From positions 372,001 through 436,000 of the forward strand of contig NW_026576619.1 in the NCBI RefSeq assembly GCF_028641065.1: 64,000 nt of DNA, given 5' to 3'. This stretch comes from Leucoraja erinacea (lineage: Eukaryota). Of the stretch, positions 26,111 to 35,134 are shown in pieces. Below the pieces are notes generated by a model that was given only the letters and a program-made list of their open reading frames with translations, did no database searches and was not told where the DNA came from. A program made the translations under genes and the position numbers. Position 1 is the first letter of the stretch. Each line of letters opens with the position of its first letter.

Positions 26111-27565
26111 TTCAATTATTTTACACAAACCAGCAGTAATCCTGTGCTCACAATTATAGGTTACAATTCCATTCTTCTTTTTGATGTGTTCCCACCCCTG
26201 CCCTTCCCTCTACGTGCTCTCAAACCATCTCAAGTTCTGTGCTTTCCTCTTCCCCACTACATCCTCACCCTTTATCTCACACCATTCCTCAACCTTTTAC
26301 TTATATATCCCTTCCTTGCATATTTCCATATCTCCCCCTATTCTTGACCCTCTTCCTCTTCTCTTCCCCCCCCCCCCCCCCCCCCCCCTCCTCCTACCCA
26401 CTGCCCCTTGTTGTGTTGTGGCTGCAGTGATTCTGAGCCAGAATGAAAAGGCTGATCATGTTCCAGTCATCCATTACCCTCAACAATGACATACATAAAA
26501 TGAGGGAGGTGAGAAATTTGTGCCAAAGAGGCAATAGAGACCATCACATCTAACAAATCATCATTTTCATTCCATAAAGGTTTCATTTTCAAATGGTGAC
26601 CAGAATAATGATCACAAACACAAAGTTAAGTTATATTGTGTTTAATTTATACAGATCGTGCAGAGAATCACTCTGTGATACACAGCAGTAAAATTCTGCA
26701 GAATATTTGTGGCAGTCCAAACCATTCTCTCTTTATTGATATTGAGGTTAGTTGCCCACTGCTCCTGTTGGGAAAATTGAGATAAGAAAAATAAAGCAAT
26801 GGCTCAAGCAGCATTTAAACTGGGGATCATCAACACTTTCTGAGCATATTAACCAAAATAACAAGAATAAGATTGCACAATTTTATCCCATGGTTTGTGA
26901 ATGCAAAGTACAGTATTAGAACCAGTGCATTACTATAAAGTTATCCTATTCAATTCCCCGTTTACCCCATGCTAGAGTCTCGATTATTTGTAATATTCAA
27001 TATGTCTGAACTTCAACACAATGTTGGTTACTTATTTAACAGTAGAGGGCATACTAGCTTGTTACACAATTATACATTTTCTCACAGCTTTGCGGCACAG
27101 TGTTTCTCTGGCATTTTTTCTTCGCAGTAAATAATCAGTTTCACAATATTCTTATTCATTTATTTTAAAAATCTTATTTGCCTTAAAGTTGGCAACTTAA
27201 CAGTTCACTGGTAACAAAATAACCGTAATAAATTATATCCCTATGGCAATATGCAATTTGAACAGATTTTCTGCATTCATAACAACTGTTACCAGGACCA
27301 GAATAAAACGCATGTTAATAAACAGAGGTAATAATTCCTGTGCTTCCTTTCAATTTTGCCTCGGTCCTAATTTCCACAAAGAAAGCTCATCACCATGTCC
27401 ACTTCCTCAGAAGTTTGAAAATATTTAGTATGTTGCTGAAGACTTTATCGAACTTCTAGGGGTAGGAAGCATACTGATTGATTGCATCACGCCCTGGTTC
27501 GGTAACTCAAACATCTACATATTTTATTTACGGTCAGCATTAATGATTATTCTTTTATTGTATTA

Positions 27566-29001
27566 TTGATTAGTGTACATTTGTGTTATTATATTAATGG
27601 GCCTTTAAAGCTGCAAAAAGTAAGAATGTAATTGTTCTGTTCCTCAAATTAAATCCTCTTGACTTCTTTCCCACAGGCCAAGGTCAGGGCCCTGATAACA
27701 GTGCTCCTCTGCAAAATGATCTTCAACCCCGTCCATCACCCATCTAGGTTCCCACTCTCCCCCCCCCCCTTGCAATCCTAACGCTCCCTTTCCACACACT
27801 GGGGCCCCAATTCCCATTGTGTTTTGTAATTTCTGCAATACACCATGTAGGTCTGGTCACAGACCTCTATTCTGAAAAATAATCTGCTATAATATGTGAC
27901 TAACAATGGAAGAATTCAGCAGATCAAGTAACTTTGATGGCGAACAAAGTTCAGGTTGTTGAGCTTTCAAGTAATAGAAGAATCATGCATGAAATATTCT
28001 TTTGGTCTACTGGCGGCCTACTAAGTATTTCCAGCTTTTTCACTCAATTATCATCTTTACTTCTCAGGCCCAACAGGCTTAGCAGAAGCAGAATAAGGGT
28101 AGCAGTGCAGCTTAAAAGTTTGTGTACAGGTAAGGAAGTGATTTTTTCAGGCCTGTCATCGTTAGCAGCAAATAACAGTCAGGCTTTAATGGAACAGTCA
28201 TTTTGTGAGGATCTGCATAGATTAGTTTAATATTATCACGACATCCCTGAGCTTGGCACCAGGAAGGCAACACGTCATCCTGAAGGTAGACACAAATGCT
28301 GGAGTAACTCAGCGGGTGAGGCAGCATCTATGGAGAGAAGTAATGGGTGACGTTTCGGTCTAGACCCTTCTTCAGACTGATGTCGGGGGGGGGTGGCAAG
28401 ACAAAGATAGAATGTAGGCAGAGACAGTAGGAGAACTGGGAAGGGGGAGGGGAAGGAGAGAAAGCAAAGGCTATCTGAAGTTAGAGAAGTCAACGTTCAT
28501 ACGGCTGGGGTGCAAACTACCCAAGCGAAATATTAGGTGCCGTTCCTCCAATTTGCACTAGGCCTCACTCTGACAATGGAGGAGGAGCCCAGGTCAGAAA
28601 GGTCAGACTGGGAATGGGAGGGGGAGTTAAAGTGCTGAGCAAACAAGAGATCAGGTAGGTTACGACGGACTGAGTGGAGGTGTTCAGCAAAATGATTGCT
28701 GAGCCTGCGCTTGGTCTCGCCAATGCAGGGAAGTTGACACCTGGAACAGCGGATACAGTAGATGAGATTGGAGGAGGCGAGGTGCAAGTGAACCTCTGTC
28801 TCACATGGAAAGACTGTTTGGGTCCTTGGATGGAGTCGAGGTAAAGGGACAGGTGTTGCATTTCCTGAGGTTGCAGGGGAAAGTACCCGGGGAGGGTACT
28901 TGATTATTGTACATTTGTGTTATTATATTAATGGGCCTTTAAAGCTGCAAAAAGTAAGAATGTAATAGTTCTGTTCCTCAACTTAAATCCTCTTGACTTC
29001 T
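27566..29001. repeat. 102-bp direct repeat pair (27566-27667 and 28900-29001)
   Basis: 3 mismatches in 102 nt by manual alignment. Confidence 0.9.
28287..28898 (-). mobile_element. Penelope-like element 3' fragment (GIY-YIG endonuclease + pLTR)
   Basis: SNLIYCIRCSRCQLPCIGETKRRL..FAEH..HFN motif, followed by a pLTR containing a hammerhead-like core at 28349-28375. Confidence 0.88.
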
Positions 29002-29004
29002 CTG

Positions 29005-29205
29005 GCAATGAAGGAGCCCAGACAAAGGTCTGCATGGGAAGGGGAATTTGAATGGTTAGCAACCAGGAGATCCAGCAAGCCTAGGCTGACCAAGTCAAAG
29101 TATTCAGCGAAACATTCTCCTTGTCTAAGCCTGGTCTTGCTGGTGTAAAGGAGGCCGCAGCAGGAGGATCGAATGCAGTAGATGTGGTTAGAGGAAGTGT
29201 ATAAG
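29005..29205 (-). mobile_element. Older, diverged Penelope GIY-YIG fragment
   Basis: Colinear nucleotide similarity to 28575-28790. Confidence 0.6.
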
Positions 29206-29358
29206 GTTTGGTCGAAATGTCCTTTAACTGAAAATTACCACTGTTGATAACCTCCATGTTGTACCCAACAACACATTGAAAACCATCCACATCAAATTCA
29301 GTTTTGAAACAGACTGCACATTTCACTTCTCACTCTGCAGGTGCCTTACCTCATTGAC

Positions 29359-30855
29359 TTAAGTCTCATCCTTTGTGTTTCTCTGTAGGAAAGTCTTGAT
29401 TTTATGATAGAGGGCCTGGACCCCCTTCTTCAATTTTTTCCAGTAATCTTTGGAGTCCATGACCTCCTGATAGGCAATGTCACTCAGCACACAGGTGTAC
29501 GGGTTTGAGTCCAAACACGTTACATTATTGAGATGGCACTGCTTGTCCAGTCTGCTGCAGTTACACACCTTGTAATTGCATGGTTTCCTTTGGAAATTGC
29601 TGGGCTGGTAGTCATTGGAATGCAGAGTGATGCCAGTCTTTGTGTCCATGATGCCCCGAATACGGGACATGCTGCTATTCAGACAGTTGCAGTACCAAGC
29701 GCTCCACCTAGCCCAGCTGTAGGAAGAGCTGTCCAGGGAGATCACAATAGTCTGTGGCTCAGGTGATTTTGTGATTTCTATATTTCCCCCCACCGTTTGG
29801 GTCACGTGTTTGTCAGGCACAATGCTAAATTTATGTTCCTCTATTTTGGCCACAACAATATTTTCAGTTATTTTACTTGGGGTGGTTGGGGTGGTGACTG
29901 TCACATTATCAGTATTTTCATTCCCCGCAGTGACCACACGCTCATCTAATGCATTTGTATCTGAATAATGTTTGGTTATGATTTCTCTGCCATTGGTTAA
30001 AATGACAGAGTTGTTACTGTTTTCAGACCTGGTAATCTTAATTTCTGACCTATTGCCGATTACGAGGGATGAAGCACTATCAGTATTGGTCCCATTTGAG
30101 GTGGCAACAATTATTTCATCGCCTTTATTTAAGATAATTGGAGTTAAACTGGAGTTTTCAGATTCCTTGGAGTTGGTGATGATGATCTCGGCCCCACCAC
30201 CACCACCGCCCAGCACGATGGGCATCGACGTATCATTGCCCCCTGTTTCTGAATGGGCAATGATGATCTCGTCGCCAACTCTTAGCACAATGGGCATCCT
30301 ACTCTCAGTCTCCGTCCCGTTTGAATTGATGATCACAATCTCTGCGCCACTATTCACTGGCACTGGGACATCAGTCTGGAGGGCTGCCATGTCATTCAGG
30401 GTCCCCGTCGCAATACGGGTGGAGTTAGAAAGAACAACATGGGCCGAGGCCTCAAGCAAGGTGTACTCAGAACTGCTAGGCTGGGTACTAGTGGGCTGGC
30501 GACCAGTGGAGTGGTTGCTGCTACTGCTGCTCGCTATGGCAACCACCACGGTAGCCTGGTCACTGGCCTCGATGATGGACACCATGGTCGAGGTGGCATT
30601 GGGCAGGGCGCTACCGTTCGAGGCAATAGCGGGCAGGGCGCTACCGTTCGAGGCAATGGCGGGCAGGGCGATGACGGGCTGGACGCCTGCGGCCTGGGTG
30701 CTGCCGGTGGTCGTGATAAGCAGCGACTGCGCACTGTTACTCGGCGCCTTCACCTCCTCAACCAGCTTCACCTTCGTCTGTTCCCGCACGGCAGTCAGCG
30801 TGGCCCCGAGCAGCATCGGCTGCACAAGCAACAAGACTAAGGTCGCTAGTCGCAT
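29359..30855 (-). CDS. C1orf56: C1orf56/MENT orthologue: 498-aa secreted protein with signal peptide, Ser/Thr-rich region and C-terminal TSP1-like Cys-rich domain
   Basis: Signal peptide MRLATLVLLLVQPMLLG. C-terminal WxxWxxWxCxC..MSR..KPCxYxxCxCxRL..C and a terminal W-K-K-L helix match the recalled MENT pattern. Position between BNIPL and CDC42SE1 as in human. Confidence 0.85.
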   Translation of the reverse strand: MRLATLVLLLVQPMLLGATLTAVREQTKVKLVEEVKAPSNSAQSLLITTTGSTQAAGVQPVIALPAIASNGSALPAIASNGSALPNATSTMVSIIEASDQATVVVAIASSSSSNHSTGRQPTSTQPSSSEYTLLEASAHVVLSNSTRIATGTLNDMAALQTDVPVPVNSGAEIVIINSNGTETESRMPIVLRVGDEIIIAHSETGGNDTSMPIVLGGGGGGAEIIITNSKESENSSLTPIILNKGDEIIVATSNGTNTDSASSLVIGNRSEIKITRSENSNNSVILTNGREIITKHYSDTNALDERVVTAGNENTDNVTVTTPTTPSKITENIVVAKIEEHKFSIVPDKHVTQTVGGNIEITKSPEPQTIVISLDSSSYSWARWSAWYCNCLNSSMSRIRGIMDTKTGITLHSNDYQPSNFQRKPCNYKVCNCSRLDKQCHLNNVTCLDSNPYTCVLSDIAYQEVMDSKDYWKKLKKGVQALYHKIKTFLQRNTKDET

Positions 30856-31160
30856 AGCTGTCGCTTGTGTCCTCAGGCGGTAAGACGTGGGTTGCACCGA
30901 CCATCATGGCGGCCATTAGCGGCAGCGACGGTTGCCGGCGGCGCGCGCGTATCCAAGGGCGCCCTTTCTGCCGTCACGTACCTCGTGCTCACACCCTGAC
31001 CAATCGCGCGGCTTCCCGCCCAAACACCGAGTTGTCCGCTCGCCAGCCCAACGCCGTCATCATTCTGGACAATCCCGACCTTACTCTTTTCAACAATTAC
31101 CGTCTACACGTTCTTAAAATATCGTCGGTTGTGTTTGATCTCTTCATGTGATGCGGTTAC
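30856..31160 (-). promoter_or_regulatory. C1orf56: CpG-island promoter / 5' UTR of C1orf56
   Basis: Dense CpGs, GCGCGCGC run, CCAAT box near 31000 and YY1-like ATGGCGGC near 30906, directly upstream of the ORF. Confidence 0.6.
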
Positions 31161-32502
31161 CTCTGGCCACAAAGGGTAAAGAAAGTACAATAATGCAAAG
31201 TATGGCCACTGTGAGAACTGGATCTTTGGTCAAGGTGACATGGCTACCTAGTGCTCAGGTGGCTGATGCCTTTGGAGTTTAAACCTCCAGTTTAAATTCT
31301 ATTTGGAATATTTTGGAGGACCAAGAACCAAGATGTGATCCTAGTCGCTAATCATAGTAACCTGCCACCTGCAAAGACTAATTCACCACCTGCACAAATA
31401 AAGAGAAACCCCATCATGGGAGTCAATGGGTTACAAATGCCAAGACAATGCCATGCTAGACTCTTGTGGAGGTGTAATTTCTTCAGCATGGTTATTCAAA
31501 AAGCTGCAAAAAACCAGGAGCCACCATCGTCATGTACAGAACTGCCAGGCAGTGGGATGGCTCAGATTGGCTTTTCCAACACCACATCCATCCTGTAGCT
31601 ACGGACTACAGAGGCTGCATCTCCAAATGATAGGGGCATCTAAAAGTTTCTGATCTTCCATCAAACAACTGGCTCAGGTAACTATTTATGCTGGCAGGAA
31701 AGTTGCAAAGCAGAGGATCCAGGTGAAAAAAAAACCCAAATAAAAGGCCAGGAGAGTGAAGAAGGATTTTATTGCTGATCCAGAATGGACTGTCTGAAAG
31801 TTAATTGATCAATGATTCAACTTTCAAACAGGAAATTGGATTTGTAAATCATGTGTGAAAGCAGAGTGCGAGTCATTCATAGGGCTGGCATATAGTGATT
31901 GAATGGTCTCCAGTGCTGTACGATTCAAATACATATTAAACATTCAGGGAGTGTGGCTATTGCTATCTCTAATTTAACAGGCAGTTTAAGAGTCCATCCC
32001 ACTTATGGGTCTGGAGTCGTGTCGTTTTGCAGTTCTGGAGGACAGGGTGGTGAAGAAGGCCTTTGGCATGCTTGCATTTGGATATCTACATGGATAAGGA
32101 TTTAGAGAGCCAAATGGGAGGACCCGAGGATACCAACTTGGTCCACATGGACAGTTTGGGCTGAAGGTCATGTTTCCATGTTATATAGTTCTATGACTCA
32201 AAGCTAGATGAGTTAAGGACATCAGATTTCCTTCCCTCATGGACGTTAGGGAACTTCGTGATCTTGTACTTCAATCCAATCGATTTATGCCTTCTGTATC
32301 CAGATTGAATGCCAGATTTAGTTAATTACTTGAATTTAACATCACCAGATGAGATTCAGAATTGTGTGTCTCTGGTTTAAAACATAACCGCCATGCTAAT
32401 GTGCCTATTTATATTATATTGGTATTAGAGCTAATTGAACTTCTCCAAACTGTTTCCACCTGCTACAATTTGTAAAATTTGTCCTTCAAAATGTCAAAGC
32501 CT

Positions 32503-34867
32503 AATATAGTCTATGTAATAATTTGAATTGAATTAAATGATGTCTTGCATTAATAGAACAGTTATGTGTATTCATCAAATACTTTTCCCATCTATCCTTC
32601 GAGATCTTTATCATTAGCTCTTGTTCCCAATCTTCCCTTAATGCTTCTGTTGAGGGTGATTCTCTATTTAATATATTATTATAAAAGTATGATATTAATT
32701 TTTGTGAATCAGCCTTAATATTCATTGCTTCTTCTAAAGGATCTAAAAATATAGTTTGAAATCTATGTGTATATTTCTTCATAAAGTCACATACCTGTAT
32801 ATATTTAAAATATTGATTATCCTTCAATTTAAATTTTAATTTTAATTGTTGAAATGATAACAGTTTGCCCACTTCATACATATCCCCTACTTTCCTAATC
32901 CCCAGTCTATCCCATTGTTGATATGTGTTGTCGATGAGAGAAGGTTTGAATGCGGGGTTGTTCAATAGTGGGGTTAGTACTGATAAATTATTTAATTTCA
33001 AGGATACTTTTATTTGTTTCCAAATTCTTATTATATTGTGAATAATTGGGTTCTTCTTATATATTATACTATTCAATTTTATCGGTGAGAGCAGGATCGT
33101 TCCTATATCGTGCGGATAGCACTCCTCTTTCTCCATTCTTATCCACTCCAACTGCTGAGTGGAACTATCCAGCCAGTATATTATGTTCTTAATATGTACT
33201 GCCCAGTAGTAATATATAAAGTTAGGTAATGATAAACCCCCAACTTCTTTAGATTTGCACAAATGCTTTCGTTGAATTCTATGTGTTCTGTAGTCCCATA
33301 TAAAATTAGTGATAGTGGAATCTAATTTTTTGAAAAAATATTTTGGAATATATATTGGGATCGCTTGAAACAAATATATTAATTGTGGTAAGAAAGTCAT
33401 TTTTATAGCGTTAATTCTACCTATCAATGAGAGTGGAAGCGTTTTCCAAAATTTAATCGTATCATTCAGTTTATTTAATAGTGGTATAAAATTGGCACTA
33501 AATAATGATTTGTGTTTTCTCGTAATTTGAATACCCAGGTACTTGAATTTTTCTGTTGCAATTTTGAAGGGGAATTTTAGTAAGTGTCTCAAATCCTGTG
33601 ATTTTAAAGACATAATTTCGCTTTTATTCCAATTTATTCTATATCCTGAAAAAGAGCCGAATTCCTCAATTAGTGTTAATAAGGTGGGTATACTCGTTTG
33701 TATATTAGTAATATATAAAAGGATACCATCAGCGTATAATTAAATTTTATTCTTTGAGTCCTTGCTGTTATATCCGTGAATATTCGGGTGATTTCTAATC
33801 CTTTCGGCCAGCGGTTCTATCATAAGGGCAAATAGCAATGGTGATAAGGCACACCCTTGCCTATTACCCCTTGATAAGTAAAATTTTGGAGATAGCGTAT
33901 TGTTAGTTAATATTCTTGCCGTAGGTCTATCATAAAGTAGTTTAATCCATCTAATAAAATTATCTCCCATATTAAATTTTCGGAGTACCTTGTATAAATA
34001 CTGCCATTCTACTTGATCAAATGCCTTCTCTGCATCCAACGTGACCACTGAGATATCTTCACGAGGTTGAATAAATTTTATCCAAACGTCTCTCCCAGAT
34101 GCGATAAATGTTTGTTTCAAAACGCTAATATAACACACTCATTTGTTGGATGTACAAAGTTGAATAAATTTTGGAGTGATATATTTGATATATTTACAAA
34201 GATTTTCAAGTCAAGAATAGAACCCAAAACGGAATGGATTATATTTGGAATAATAGGAGAAGATACCAATTTAAATAAAGATCAAAAGGTTTTTTTTAAT
34301 TATGGGTTAATAATTGGAAAGAAATTGATACTTAAATTTTGGAAAAATACAACCACACCAACTGTTAAAATGTGGATCAGGAATATGATGGACATAGCAC
34401 GCCTTGAAGAAATGAGACTCTGACTAATAGATAAATATGACCAATTCTTAAGGAGTTGGTCTCCTTTCATCGACTTTTTGGAATCATGTGATGCAGCGGT
34501 ACCGTAAAGATTGCTGATTTCAGTTCATGACGCGGATAGAGCTACATCTCCGAATACAGATTTGAAAAATTATCTTTTAAGGGGCCTTCTCTTCTATTTC
34601 TACTTTCCACTTTCTCTCTTCCTTTTTTTATTTTTTATATACACACTTCACGTTTTTCTACTCTCTACCATCTATTTTTCCACTTTTTCCCCTTTCTATT
34701 GTTTTCTTTTTCTTGTCCTGCTTACTTCCTTCTTATAACATAAAACTAGAGGTTGTACATAGAATGGATTACGGTATTACATAGTTGGCACCTAAAATTA
34801 GGTGCCACTGTACTGTTTTGTGCTGTATTAACTTCTAATAAAATAAAAAAAAAAAAAAAAAAAATAA
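32503..34867. mobile_element. 5'-truncated, 5'-inverted L1-clade LINE (ORF2 RT inverted 32503-34060; Cys-rich C-terminus, 3' UTR and poly(A) forward 34061-34867)
   Basis: LDAEKAFD, RQGCALSPLLF, YADG, FKYLGI and LIGRINAIKM on minus; CDKC..H..C on plus; AATAAA + poly(A); 15-bp TSD AAAATGTCAAAGCCT at 32488-32502 and 34868-34882. Confidence 0.95.
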
Positions 34868-35040
34868 AAAATGTCAAAGCCTTTCCTCTCATTACAACAA
34901 AAATCATTGCTCCTGAATTATAGAAATGTAAGGCACAGGAAGGCCCTAAATTTAGGGCACAGTCAGGCCATGTGACAACATACTCATCCAGGTACTTTTA
35001 AATATGTTCGAGATTTCTGCAGCCAGCATTGACAATGAGA

Positions 35041-35134
35041 AGGTACACAAAATTGCTGGAGAAACTCAGCGGGTGCAGCAGCATCTATGTAGCGAAGAAA
35101 ATAGGCGACGTTTCGGGCCGAAACCCTTCTTCAG
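35041..35134 (-). mobile_element. 94-bp Penelope pLTR-derived insertion with intact minimal hammerhead core
   Basis: 13-bp TSD ATTGACAATGAGA (35028-35040, 35135-35147). Minus strand reads CTGAAGA A GGGT TTCG GCCC GAAAC GTC. Confidence 0.85.
35107..35134 (-). ncRNA. Minimal type I hammerhead ribozyme motif (Penelope type)
   Basis: CUGANGA box, 4-bp stem II with UUCG loop, GAAA box, palindromic ACGU in place of stem III, GUC cleavage triplet. Confidence 0.65.

Noticed and set aside
29972-30883. 303-aa plus-strand ORF
   Set aside because: Antisense shadow of the C1orf56 CDS; no independent motif.
30856-30897. ORF-track start MQPTSYRL (512 aa)
   Set aside because: Starts at GTG; the ATG at 30855 gives a proper signal peptide.
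32501-34423. Host gene or active RT gene
   Set aside because: Truncated, inverted L1 ORF2 with stops and a YADG active site.
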